Shown here piece by piece: positions 11,249-21,771 of a stretch of DNA of 64,000 nucleotides. The stretch is from the NCBI GenBank assembly GCA_963814035.1, contig CAWFBH010000018.1, forward strand, positions 57,397 through 121,396, written 5' to 3'. Each line of letters starts with the position of its first letter. Positions within the stretch are counted from its first letter, which is position 1. A program made the translations under genes and the position numbers. The notes beneath the pieces were generated by a model, which saw nothing but the letters and a program-made list of their open reading frames with translations, had not been told where the DNA came from and searched no databases. This DNA is from an uncultured delta proteobacterium. GTDB lineage: Bacteria > Desulfobacterota > Binatia > Binatales > Binataceae.

Positions 11249-12061
11249 TCACGGAGGTGGTGGTGGCGGTGGCGGAGTCCCCGCTGGAGTCCCACCTGCA
11301 GCGGCGCCCGTGTCGGCGCCCGGAAGCGGCAGCGTCAACGTCAGATTATCGAAGCGCGCCTGCGAATCGTTGCTGGACCAGAAACCGATCCTGCCCTTGG
11401 CGATCTTGTTGTCCTGCACGTCGAAGAGCATTTTGCCCTCATCGTATGCGATGAAGTGATCGGCCTGAACTTCAAGTTTAACCTTGATCCAGTTGCCGGG
11501 ATCGATCGCGACCACCTTTTGCTGAAGCTGATCCATCTTGCCCTGGTACATACGAAGCAACTGGACGTAGTCACTCGGGCATCCCAGCGCGAGGACGTAG
11601 TAGTTCTGTGGATTGCTATATCGAATAACCAATCCGCCGGAGCAATCGAAGTAGCCCTTGATCGGCTTGAAGTCGGCTTCGAGCGTGAAGTCGGAATATT
11701 CGGTCGGATCCTTCATCACTACAATTGGATGGTATTCCAGTCCGTGAGTTAGGGAGGTCACCATGCGGCCCGCGGGCAAACCGAAATCATTGGGCTGACT
11801 AGGCGCAGTTCCGTCGGCGAAGACGACCCACCCGGCGCCGTCGATATCATCCCACCCGTCGGGTAGTTGACCGACTTTGTCAGAATCGAAGTTCCACACC
11901 TTCGCCTCAGGGGTAGGCGTCGCGGTCGGGGTCAATGTGGCAGTAGGCGTGGGGGTTTCCTTCTTTTTCCGCGAGTATGCCGGAGGCGCCACCATCACCA
12001 CCGCTATCATCACGCCGGCCACGATCAGTGCTGCACTGCGCAGCCATGTTCTGACTGTCAT
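11249..12061 (-). CDS. Secreted protein with ConA-like/DUF1080-like beta-sandwich domain and Pro/Thr linkers
   Basis: Signal peptide, TPTPT linker, YSDFTLEADFK, GLVIRY, KGRIGFWS, ARFDNL. Confidence 0.7.
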   Translation of the reverse strand: MTVRTWLRSAALIVAGVMIAVVMVAPPAYSRKKKETPTPTATLTPTATPTPEAKVWNFDSDKVGQLPDGWDDIDGAGWVVFADGTAPSQPNDFGLPAGRMVTSLTHGLEYHPIVVMKDPTEYSDFTLEADFKPIKGYFDCSGGLVIRYSNPQNYYVLALGCPSDYVQLLRMYQGKMDQLQQKVVAIDPGNWIKVKLEVQADHFIAYDEGKMLFDVQDNKIAKGRIGFWSSNDSQARFDNLTLTLPLPGADTGAAAGGTPAGTPPPPPPPP

Positions 12062-12305
12062 AATCCTCCTCTCCGGTCCTAACCCTGGACTGATGCCCCA
12101 ATCCTGAAGGCGAGTTCTTCTTTAATGAGCGAGTAACCGGCGGAAGTTTCGCTAATGCGAGGCCATCGTGTCAAGCAAGCGTTTCTACATTGATACCTTT
12201 GTGATGTCCTTACTCGAGGCCTAAGTCTCGCTAGTTTCGCTTTTTCTTCGTCTTAGCTAGGCAATAGTATCCACAAGACATTTTCGAAAGTTAGCCGCCC
12301 CTTCC

Positions 12306-12349
12306 TTGACTGATGTGGGGTTAAGTGGGAGATTGTGGGGGATCTTGGA
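12306..12349 (+). promoter_or_regulatory. dcw promoter with MraZ-binding GTGGG direct repeats
   Basis: TTGACT at 12306. GTGGG at 12315, 12325 and 12335 (exact 10-bp period) directly upstream of mraZ. Confidence 0.8.
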
Positions 12350-12359
12350 GTGACCAACA

Positions 12360-12809
12360 GTGTTCAATGGAAGATTCGATCATTCGATCGACGACAAAGG
12401 CAGGGTGAATATCCCTGTCCGCTTCCGCGAAGAACTGGAGCGCGATGGTCACGACCGTGTGTATATCACAAATTCTGTCTTCGAGAATCAGCACTGCCTC
12501 GAAGCATACCCTCCCAATGAATGGACTCGTTTGCAGGAACAGATTCGCCAGAAGGCGCGCTTCGATAACCAACTCCGATCGTTCGAGGTCTTTTATATCG
12601 GCGGCGCGCATGAGGTCCTCGTCGACAAGCAGGGTCGCATCCTGGTGCCGCCCAAGCTGCGCGAGTTCGCGGCGCTCGATCGCGAGGTGACCTTTTCTGC
12701 GATGACCGACCATTTTCAACTTTGGGACAAAGCGGTGCTCGAACAGGTCCTCAAGGCGACCGAGCAACGTTTCGCTGATCCGGAATTTTTTCAGAAGCTT
12801 GGCCTTTAG
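12360..12809 (+). CDS. mraZ: Division/cell wall cluster transcriptional repressor MraZ
   Basis: Two DxxGR motifs (IDDKGRV, VDKQGRI), first gene of the dcw cluster. Confidence 0.96.
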   Translation: MFNGRFDHSIDDKGRVNIPVRFREELERDGHDRVYITNSVFENQHCLEAYPPNEWTRLQEQIRQKARFDNQLRSFEVFYIGGAHEVLVDKQGRILVPPKLREFAALDREVTFSAMTDHFQLWDKAVLEQVLKATEQRFADPEFFQKLGL

Positions 12810-12839
12810 GCCATGGGGCCTAGCCTTTAGGCGATAGGA

Positions 12840-13775
12840 ATGAGTTACGCGATGAGTTTCGCGGCTATGAGTCACGACGGAGCGGACGGGCAATTGCATG
12901 TGCCGGTGATGGCGGCGGAGGTGGTAAAACTCCTGTCCGCTCCGAACCCTTTGACGCTTGTCGATGCGACTCTGGGCATGGGAGGCCATGCCGCCGCGAT
13001 GCTCGAGGCTGCTCCCGACGCGCGACTGCTAGGCCTGGATCAGGATGCCTCCGCGATCGCCCAGGCGCGCGAAGCTTTGGCGAAGTTCGAAGGCCGCGTC
13101 ACGTTGGTCCAGGCCAACTTCGCTGAAATTTCGTCCACGATGCGCGAGACCGGCTTCGATCACGCCGATGCGATCCTTGCCGACCTCGGGATGAGCAGTT
13201 TCGCCCTCGACGATGCGGCACGCGGCTTCAGCTTCCGCCTCGACGGTCCTTTGGATATGAGGATGGATCAGCGCGCCGAGCTGTCCGCCTACGATCTCGT
13301 CAACGAAGAGCCGGAAGCCGAGCTTGCGCGCATCTTTCGCGAGTACGGCGAGGAGCGCATGCCCGGCCGGATCGCGCGCACCATCGTCGAGGCGCGCCGC
13401 AAGCATCGGATTGAGACCACCGGTGAGCTGCGCATGCTGGTGGAGCGCGCCATCGGACCGCATCGGCGCGGCGGAGTGCATCCCGCGACGCGCACCTTCC
13501 AGGCCATTCGCATCGCGGTCAATCGCGAAATCGAAAGCCTCGAAAAATTCCTCCGGGACGCGCCCGCGATGCTCGCGCCCGGTGGGCGGCTTGCCGTCCT
13601 CGCCTATCATTCGCTGGAAGATCGCGCGGTGAAGGAACGCTTCCGCGAGCTGGGACGAACTGACGACTACAACAATCTGACGCAAAAGGTGATCAAACCG
13701 ACGCAGCGCGAGATCGTGGAAAATCCGCGCGCCCGCAGCGCGCGCCTGCGCGGTCTCGAACGGAGGCCGGCGTAA
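12840..13775 (+). CDS. rsmH: 16S rRNA m4C1402 methyltransferase
   Basis: HVPVM, DATLGMGGH, GPLDMRM, HPATRTFQAIRI, HSLEDR, NPRARSARLR. Confidence 0.97.
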   Translation: MSYAMSFAAMSHDGADGQLHVPVMAAEVVKLLSAPNPLTLVDATLGMGGHAAAMLEAAPDARLLGLDQDASAIAQAREALAKFEGRVTLVQANFAEISSTMRETGFDHADAILADLGMSSFALDDAARGFSFRLDGPLDMRMDQRAELSAYDLVNEEPEAELARIFREYGEERMPGRIARTIVEARRKHRIETTGELRMLVERAIGPHRRGGVHPATRTFQAIRIAVNREIESLEKFLRDAPAMLAPGGRLAVLAYHSLEDRAVKERFRELGRTDDYNNLTQKVIKPTQREIVENPRARSARLRGLERRPA

Positions 13776-13787
13776 GCGGATATCATC

Positions 13788-14081
13788 GTGAGCCCGCGGC
13801 ATCGAAAAAGCCCCGTCCACAAACGCTCGCGCCTGGTGCCCGCGCTGCTCGCCGTCGCGATCGTGGTGGTCGGCTTCGCCACGCTGCTGATGCGCCTGGA
13901 AGTCACCCAGGAAGGCTATCGGCTCTCGGCCGTGCGGCTCGATATCGTGAAGCTCGAAGATCAAAATCGCCGGCTGCGCCTGACCGCCGCGCAGCTTGGC
14001 TCGCATGATCGCCTGCGCGCGCTGGCGCCGAAATATCATCTGGAGCCCGCGCGCGACGGACAGGTGGTGATGGTGCCATGA
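13788..14081 (+). CDS. ftsL: Cell division protein FtsL
   Basis: Single TM plus leucine-zipper coiled coil, located between rsmH and ftsI. Confidence 0.8.
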   Translation: MSPRHRKSPVHKRSRLVPALLAVAIVVVGFATLLMRLEVTQEGYRLSAVRLDIVKLEDQNRRLRLTAAQLGSHDRLRALAPKYHLEPARDGQVVMVP

Positions 14082-16198
14082 CCACCGCGGCGAAACAGCG
14101 GCGCGCGCGTATCGGCGTGCTGACCTTCGCGATGGCCGCGCTGTTCGGCCTCGCCGTGCTGCGCCTGATTGCGCTGGTGGTGCTGCAGGGCTCGCGCCTC
14201 AACACCATGGCGCGCGAGGAGCATACCGCGGAGACCGAGCTCGCCGCAGTCCGCGGGCCGATCATCGATCGCCACGGCGAGCCGATGGCGCTGTCGGCGG
14301 AAACCCGCTCCGTTTATGCGCGGCCGAAAAAAGTTCTCGAGGCGAATCCCGCCGAGCGCTCGAAACTTGCGGCGGCGTTGAATATGAGCGCGGACGATCT
14401 CGATCGGCGCCTCGCCAAGCCGTCACCCTTCATATGGCTGCGGCGTCGGATGGATCCGGCGCAAGCCGCCGCTGCCGAAGCGCTCAATATCGACGGGCTC
14501 GGCGCGTTCAGCGAGTACAAACGTTTCTATCCGGAGAGCAACCTGGCCGCGGCGGTGGTGGGGTCGGCGGGTATGGATGGCCAGGGGCTCTCCGGAGTGG
14601 AACTCGAGTACGACAAGCTGATTCGCGGCGAGCCGGTCGAGTTGAGTTTCTATCACGACGCGCTCGGCCATCCGATTCTCGACAGTCCGCTCGCGATCAA
14701 GTCCTCGCAGCCGGGCGCGCAGGTCGAATTGACCATCGATGGGCGCATCCAGTCGCTCGCCGAAAATGAGCTGACGGCGGAAGTTCAGACCAGCGGCGCG
14801 CAGCGCGGCACCGCCATCGTCCTCGATCCGTGGAGCGGCGAGGTGCTGGCGCTGGCCAACGTGAATGCGCAGCCCGATCCGGTGCATGCGCGCCTTCATG
14901 ACGCGGCGGTGCAGGACGCCTTCGAGCCGGGCTCGACGATGAAGGGTCTGCTGGCGTCGATCGCGCTGGCTAATCACGCGATCACTCCAGGTGAGCAGAT
15001 CTATTGCGAGAACGGCGTTTATCATCTCGATGGCCGCACTATCCACGATGACAGCCGCCACGGATGGCTCGATCTCGCGGGCATCATCGAGGTGTCATCC
15101 AACATCGGCGCCTCCAAGATCGCGCTGCGCCTTGGTGCACAGCGTTTCTATGACGGCCTGCGCGGTTTCGGAATCGGCCGCCGGACTGGTATCGACCTGC
15201 CGGGTGAGGCGGGCGGTCTGCTGAGCAAAGGTTCGACCTGGCGCCAAATCGAGCTTGCCAATCATGGCTTCGGACAGGGCGTCGCGGTCACCCCGATGCA
15301 ACTCGCGGTCGCGTATTCCGCCATCGCGAACGGCGGCCTCGTCGTCCGTCCTTATGTGGTAAAATCCGTCTCCGACGCCGAAGGCCACGTCGTCCTGACG
15401 CATACGCCGCAGGTGATGGGGCGCGCGATTCCTCCCGACGTGGCGCATCAGATGAACCTGCTGCTGCGCAACGTGGTCAATGGCGCCGACGGCACCGCGC
15501 ATAAGGCGCAGGTCGACGGCTTCATCGTCGCGGGGAAGACCGGTACCGCGCAGATGGTGAATCCTGTCACCCATGGCTATTTTCAAAATCGACACGTTTC
15601 ATCGTTCGTGGGATTTCTGCCCGCCGACGATCCACGATTGCTGATCCTGGTGGTCCTTTATGATGTCGGCCACGGGCATTTCGGTGGCCTGGTCGCCGCT
15701 CCGGTGTTCAGCGAAATCGCTTCCGGCGCGCTGCGCGATCTCGATGTTGCCGCGACCGATTCATCGTACGACTCCGCGAGTATGCTTCCGCTCAGCAGCT
15801 TCGGCACCGCGCGCAAGAAGAACGCCGATCCGCTGGCCGCGATCGATCCCGGTGTCGACTACGATGCCGCCGTCGATCGCAAAGCCACCCCCGACTTTCG
15901 CGGCGCGAGCCTGCGCCATGCGCTCGACATCGCGCGCCAGTTGGGCATCAACCTCGACGTGAAAGGGCAGGGCTATGTTGCCGGTCAGGAGCCGGCGCCG
16001 GGCAGCCCGCTGACGAGTTCCCCAATCAAACTGACGCTTGCGCCTGCCGGCATCATCAATCATGAACCGACGAAAACCGCCGCGCCGAAAGTAATTCGGA
16101 CGGGGGTGACTGCAAAGTTTCGTTCGGTGGGGAGCGCGAGCCTGGCTTTTTTGGAGCAGATGAAAGGAAAGAAATCGAATCGAAGGGTACTGCGCTAG
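14078..16198 (+). CDS. ftsI: Penicillin-binding protein 3 (FtsI) with C-terminal PASTA domain
   Basis: EPGSTMK (SxxK), SSN, KTGT motifs, and PDFRGASLRHA PASTA-like segment. Confidence 0.95.
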   Translation: MTTAAKQRRARIGVLTFAMAALFGLAVLRLIALVVLQGSRLNTMAREEHTAETELAAVRGPIIDRHGEPMALSAETRSVYARPKKVLEANPAERSKLAAALNMSADDLDRRLAKPSPFIWLRRRMDPAQAAAAEALNIDGLGAFSEYKRFYPESNLAAAVVGSAGMDGQGLSGVELEYDKLIRGEPVELSFYHDALGHPILDSPLAIKSSQPGAQVELTIDGRIQSLAENELTAEVQTSGAQRGTAIVLDPWSGEVLALANVNAQPDPVHARLHDAAVQDAFEPGSTMKGLLASIALANHAITPGEQIYCENGVYHLDGRTIHDDSRHGWLDLAGIIEVSSNIGASKIALRLGAQRFYDGLRGFGIGRRTGIDLPGEAGGLLSKGSTWRQIELANHGFGQGVAVTPMQLAVAYSAIANGGLVVRPYVVKSVSDAEGHVVLTHTPQVMGRAIPPDVAHQMNLLLRNVVNGADGTAHKAQVDGFIVAGKTGTAQMVNPVTHGYFQNRHVSSFVGFLPADDPRLLILVVLYDVGHGHFGGLVAAPVFSEIASGALRDLDVAATDSSYDSASMLPLSSFGTARKKNADPLAAIDPGVDYDAAVDRKATPDFRGASLRHALDIARQLGINLDVKGQGYVAGQEPAPGSPLTSSPIKLTLAPAGIINHEPTKTAAPKVIRTGVTAKFRSVGSASLAFLEQMKGKKSNRRVLR

Positions 16199-16226
16199 TG
16201 GCTGAAGAGGGGCGCGCAATCCATTT

Positions 16227-16324
16227 CTGGTGGCACAGGCTTTAGCCTGTGTTCTGGTCCGGTAGCTGTGGTGCTGAGGTGGTGCGGAGAGCGGAAAGAC
16301 ACAGGCTAAAGCCTGTGCCACCAG
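16227..16324. repeat. REPIN-like doublet: perfect 26-bp inverted repeat whose arms are GTGG-tagged hairpins
   Basis: CTGGTGGCACAGGCTTTAGCCTGTGT (16227-16252) and its exact reverse complement (16299-16324). Confidence 0.85.
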
Positions 16325-16362
16325 GGACAACATGACGACTTGATGTGATGGACGATTAAACA

Positions 16363-17923
16363 GTGAAACTCGCGGAGCTGATTGCCGGAGCGCCGGTTCG
16401 AAACGTCGATGGTGACCACGACGTGGAAATTACCGGCCTCAGCTACGACTCGCGCGAGACTAAGCCCGGGCATGTGTTTTTTGCCCTGGCCCGCGATGCC
16501 GCACGCAACCGGGCCAATATAGATGATGCATTAAACCGCGGGGCGCGGGCGGTGGTGGCGGATGGAAGGGCGGGATGGAAAGGTGAGGCGCGCCTTGCGG
16601 TCAATGTTCCCGCTGGACAGCCGGCGGGAACCATGGTCGATGCGCCGCAGCCACGGCACCTGATGGGCGTGGCTGCGGTGCGCTTTTTCGGCGCGCCCAG
16701 CGAGCGCGTCCGCGTCGCAGGCATCACGGGCACCAGCGGCAAGACCACCACGACCTATCTGCTGCGATCGATTTTCGAGGCGGCGGGTCGCCCGACCGGC
16801 ATCATCGGCACTATCGGAATCTTTGTACGCGACCGCACGATTTATCATGGCCTCACCACGCCGGAATCGCTCGATTTCGAATCCAGCCTCGCGCAAATGG
16901 AGCGCGAGGGCGTTCATGATGCGTTCGCCGAGGTATCGTCGATCGGCATCGCGGAAGGGCGCGTCGATGCGATCAACTTCAGCGCATGCCTGTTCACCAA
17001 TCTCGGCCGCGACCATCTGGACTATCACGGCACGATCGAAAATTACTTCGCGGCGAAATTGCGGCTGTTCACCGAGATTTTGCCCAGGAGTTCGCATCGC
17101 GAGCCGGTCGCGATCATCAATGGCGACGATCCTTATGGGCGCCGCATCCTCGACGCGACTGCCGGTAGCAAAATCCGTCGCATCAGTTTCGGCCTCGATC
17201 CTGCCAACGACGCTCATCCCCTCAAGATCGAGACCGGCATCAACGGCATTCATGGAAGCATCAGCGTGCTGGGCGCCGAGATCGCGATCGATTCTCCGCT
17301 GCTCGGCGAATTTTACCTGCGCAATATTCTCGGGGCCTCCGCGCTGTCGGTGGCCTCGGGCATCGATGGGCCGGCGGTGACTGAGGGTGTGAGGCGATGT
17401 TCCGGGGCCCCCGGCAGGATGGAGGCGGTGCCCGCGCGCGCCGGCGTGACGGTGCTGGTGGACTACGCGCACAAGCCCGACGCGCTCGAAGCCGTGCTCA
17501 ACACGCTGCGTCCGCTCACCGGCGGTCGCCTGATCTGCGTGTTTGGATGCGGCGGCGATCGCGATCGCGGCAAGCGTCCGCTGATGGGCGGGATCGCGGG
17601 CCGCCTCGCCAACCTCGCGATTCTGACCTCCGACAATCCACGCACCGAAGACCCGTTGAAAATAATCGCCGGACGTCGAAGCCGGCCTGACCGGCGCGGG
17701 CCTCACTCGCACCGACGAAGCCCACGCGGATGCTTCGACCGGCTATCTCGTCGAACCCGATCGGCGCGGCGCGATTGCGATCGCGCTGCGCCTCGCGCGC
17801 CGCGGCGATGTGATAGTAATCGCGGGCAAGGGGCATGAGGATTATCAGTTGGTAGGAAATCGCGTCTTAAAGTTTGATGATCGCGCGGTGGTTCGCGAAC
17901 TGGCCTCCGAGCTTAAATCTTGA
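16363..17923 (+). CDS. murE: UDP-MurNAc-tripeptide synthetase MurE; frameshift near 17675
   Basis: GITGTSGKTT, TTPES, DHLDYH, DYAHKPDA, FGCGGDRD, DNPR (mDAP-type). AGKGHE lies in the shifted frame. Confidence 0.95.
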
Positions 17924-17944
17924 ATATTTCTTTCTTGCTCCCTC

Positions 17945-18038
17945 GTCCCTCTGCCCCTCCCCCTATGATCGGGGGAGGTGTCCCGGCGCGATTTTCGCCA
18001 TGGCTGCGGGCGAAAATCGTGCAGGGACGGAGAGGGAC
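17945..18038. repeat. Multi-branch palindromic element
   Basis: Outer GTCCCTCT/AGAGGGAC stem enclosing CCTCCCCC/GGGGGAGG and CGATTTTCGCC/GGCGAAAATCG hairpins. Confidence 0.7.
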
Positions 18039-18067
18039 CTCAGCTCTGGATTCTTTGCCGCGCTGCG

Positions 18068-18200
18068 GACCTAACCCCCGCCCCCTTCCCCTGAAGTGGA
18101 AGGGGAGAAGAATCGGCAGCGATGCCCAGGCTATTGCTATGAGATCGAGGTCTTCTCTGGTCCCCCTTCCACTTCAGGGGAAGGGGTTAGGGGTTAGGTC
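18068..18200. repeat. Inverted-repeat doublet of the CCCTAACCCC-CCCCTTCC type
   Basis: GACCTAACCCC...CCCCTTCCCCTGAAGTGGAAGGGG is mirrored at 18162-18200. Confidence 0.8.
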
Positions 18201-18253
18201 TGCCCGCTCCTGCGATCCCCTCCCACCTCTGCTACTGTCTGTGGCCTGACCCG

Positions 18254-19333
18254 ATGCTCTACCTTCTCCTCTACCCACTCCACACCCACTACCTCGGTTT
18301 CGGCGTTCTGCGCTACGAAACCTTTCGCTCCGTAATGGCGGGCCTCGCCGCTTTGGCCTTTTCGCTCGCCCTCGGACCGATTCTCATCGAACGCTTTCGC
18401 GCCGCGCACGTCGGCCAGACCATTCGCGATGAAGTCCCCCAGACTCATCAGAAAAAAGCCGGCACCCCGACTATGGGTGGATTGCTGATTCTCGCCTCCG
18501 CCGTACTCGCGACCATCCTGCTCGCCGATGTGCGCGATCTCTATGTCTGGATTGCCGTTTTCGTCGCGGTCAGCTTCGGCGCGGTCGGCCTTTCCGATGA
18601 CTTGCTGAAACTCAAACGCGGGCGCGGGCAGGGAATCAGCGGGCGCACCAAGCTCGGTTGGTCGTTCGTCTGCGCCGCGATCGCCGCCGTCGTGCTGTTC
18701 GGCCCGATGCATTTCGATACGCATCTGACGATTCCGTTCGCGAAAAATCTCCATCCCGATCTGCATTGGTGGGGATATATCCCGTTCGCGATTTTCGTCA
18801 TCGTCGCGTCGTCTCACGCGGTCAACCTGACTGACGGTCTGGACGGCCTCGCGATCGGCCCGGTGATGACGGTGGCGCTGACTTACTGGGTCTTCACCTA
18901 CGTCGCGGGCAACATCAAATTTGCGACTTACCTTGCGGTGCCGCACATCCCGGGCATCGGCGAGGTCGCGATCTTTTGCGCCGCGCTGGTTGCTGCGTCA
19001 CTCGGATTTTTGTGGTTCAACGCATACCCCGCCTCGATGATGATGGGTGACGTCGGCGCGCTGTCGCTGGGTGGCGCGATCGGCACCATCGCGGTGCTAG
19101 CCAAGCAGGAGTTGGTGCTCCTGATCGCGGGCGGCATCTTTGTGGTCGAAACGCTCTCGGTCATAATTCAGGTCTATTATTTCAAGATGACGCATAAGCG
19201 AGTTTTTCTGATGGCGCCGCTGCATCATCATTTTGAGCTCAAGGGATGGCCGGAAACGATCGTGGTGATTCGTTTCTGGATCGTATCGATCGTGTGCGCG
19301 CTGTTCGCGCTCAGTACGCTGAAACTCCGATGA
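18254..19333 (+). CDS. mraY: Phospho-MurNAc-pentapeptide transferase
   Basis: KAGTPTMGG, NLTDGLDGL, GDVGAL, APLHHHFE. Confidence 0.97.
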   Translation: MLYLLLYPLHTHYLGFGVLRYETFRSVMAGLAALAFSLALGPILIERFRAAHVGQTIRDEVPQTHQKKAGTPTMGGLLILASAVLATILLADVRDLYVWIAVFVAVSFGAVGLSDDLLKLKRGRGQGISGRTKLGWSFVCAAIAAVVLFGPMHFDTHLTIPFAKNLHPDLHWWGYIPFAIFVIVASSHAVNLTDGLDGLAIGPVMTVALTYWVFTYVAGNIKFATYLAVPHIPGIGEVAIFCAALVAASLGFLWFNAYPASMMMGDVGALSLGGAIGTIAVLAKQELVLLIAGGIFVVETLSVIIQVYYFKMTHKRVFLMAPLHHHFELKGWPETIVVIRFWIVSIVCALFALSTLKLR

Positions 19334-20659
19334 TCGAACTCAAGAGCAAACGCGTGATGGTGGTCGGGCTCGGCGTGAGCGGACGCGCCGCCGCGCGCTT
19401 CCTCGCCGGCCACGGCGCCGCACTGCTACTGACGGACAAGAAAGCCGACCTCGCGACGGATGCGCTTCCGGCCGGCGAACTGCACCTCGGCGCGGAAAAC
19501 GCGGCATGGCTCAAGGGCATTGACCTCGTGGTCACCAGCCCCGGCATCCCGCGCGATTCGATCTTCCTGCGCGAGGCGCAGCAGCGCGGCATTGCGGTGG
19601 TTGGGGAACTGGAGCTCGCGTATCACTTCGTGAAGGCGCCCATCATCGGCATCACTGGCACCAACGGCAAGAGCACGGTGACGACGATGGTCGGCGACAT
19701 CCTGAGGGCGGCCGGCAAGAATGTTTTCGTCGGCGGCAACCTCGGCACCCCGCTGATCGAGGCCGCGGAGCATGACGTGGATGCGCTCGTCATCGAGATT
19801 TCCAGCTTCCAGCTCGAGTGGATCGATAAATTTCGCGCGCACGTCGCGATTCATCTGAACCTCACCGATGATCACTTCGAGCGCTATCGCGACCTCGAGG
19901 ATTACGGCGCCGCGAAGGCGCGCCTGTTCGAGAATCAGGGCGCCGGCGATTTCGCGATCCTCAATCGCGACGATCCCAACGTGTGGAAGCTGCGCCTGGC
20001 GATGCGCTCGCGCGTCATCGGCTTCGGCCTCTCGGCTGCATCTCCCGGTGGCGATGCGATCTGGACCGATGACAAGCAGCTCTACTTCGATATCAACCGA
20101 AGGCGTGGGCGGATCGACCTCGCGCAGTTCAAGCTGCCGGGAAAGCACAACCTGGCAAATGCGATGGCGGCGGCCGCGGCGGCGCTCGCGATGGACATCG
20201 AGCCGCTTGCGATCGAAGAGGGCCTCGCGCGCTTCAAACCGCTGAGCCATCGCATCGAAATGGTGCACGAATGGCGCGGCATCAAGTTCATCGACGACTC
20301 GAAAGGAACCAACGTCGGTGCGGTGGTCGAAGCCCTCGAGGCGATGAGCGCGCCGGTCATCCTCATCGCCGGCGGGTTCGACAAGGGCGGTGACTATGCG
20401 CCACTGCGAAAGCCGCTGATGGAAAAAGTCAGGCTGGCGATCTTTCATCGGAGCCGCGCGCGATAAAATGCGCGCCGCGCTCGATGGTGCCACGCGGATC
20501 GAGGTGGTGGAAAAACTGGCCGACGCGGTGACCCGCGCGGCGGAGGTGGCGGTCGCTGGGGACACGGTGCTGCTTTCGCCGGCATGCTCCAGCTTCGACC
20601 AATTCAAGGACTATGCGGAGCGCGGTAACTTATTTCAAAAGCTGGTTCGGGCGCTTTGA
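19330..20659 (+). CDS. murD: UDP-MurNAc-L-Ala-D-Glu ligase; frameshift near 20445
   Basis: [42 protein letters not shown]. Confidence 0.95.
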
Positions 20660-21762
20660 GGCGGTAAGTCATCGGCGCCCCGACCCATGGTTGTGGCTGC
20701 CGGCGATGGCGCTGCTGATGCTGGGCTGCCTGATGGTGCTCAACACCACCTATTTCATGAGCCAGGAAAAGACCGGCGACGCCTTCCACTTTTTCAAGCT
20801 GCACCTGCTCCATCTCGGGGCCGGCCTCGTGATGCTGATGGCGCTCTCGCAATTCTCGCTGCGCGGTTTGCGGCGCCTCGTGTTTCCACTCCTTGTCATC
20901 TCAATCGCGATGCTGCTGCTGCTCTATGTTCCCCATCTGGGAATCGTGCGCGGCGGCGCGCGCCGATGGCTGCGGCTCGGCCCCTACGTATGCGAGCCGG
21001 TGGAGTTCGCGAAACTCGCGCTGGTGTTTTTTCTCGCGGATTTTTTGAGTAAGCGCCAGGAGCGCATGCGGTTGTTCGAGCAGGGGCCGTTGCCCGCGTT
21101 TCTCATCGTCGCGCCCATCGCGCTGATGATTCTCAAGCAGCCTGACCTCGGCAACACGGTGATGATCGCGCTGGTACTCTTCGCGATGTTGTATGCGGCC
21201 GGCGCGCAGATGAAGCATCTGGGCATGGCGGGCGGCGCGGCGCTTTGCATCCTGGTGCTGCAAACGATGGAGAAGGCGTACCGGATGCGGCGCGTCACCG
21301 CGTTTTTGCATCCATGGGAAACCGCGCAGGGTGCGGGCTTCCAGCTCATCCAGTCATTCATCGCGCTTGGCGCCGGTGGCGGATGGGGCGTCGGCCTCGG
21401 CGAAGGGCGGCAGAAAATGTTCTACCTGCCGCAGGCGCACACCGATTTCATTTTCGCCGTGGTGGGCGAGGAATTCGGGATTCTGGGCGGCGTGGTCGTG
21501 GTCGCGCTTTTTTGCATGATACTTTTTCGTGGGATGCGCATCGCGCAGGACGAACCCGATTCCTTTGCCAGCCTACTGGCCGTAGGACTTACCGCCAGCC
21601 TCTCGTTCCAGGCGCTCATCAACATGGCGGTGGTGATCGGGATGATTCCGACCAAAGGATTGCCATTGCCGTTTTTGAGTTACGGAGGCACGGCGATCAT
21701 GATGTCGATGGCAGCGCTCGGCGCGCTGCTGGCACTCGGCCGCCGTCCCGGCGGTCAGATAG
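20613..21762 (+). CDS. ftsW: Peptidoglycan polymerase FtsW (start and stop approximate)
   Basis: [37 protein letters not shown]. The ORF read-through past 21762 is most likely an indel artefact. Confidence 0.93.
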
Positions 21763-21771
21763 AGCAGTTCG

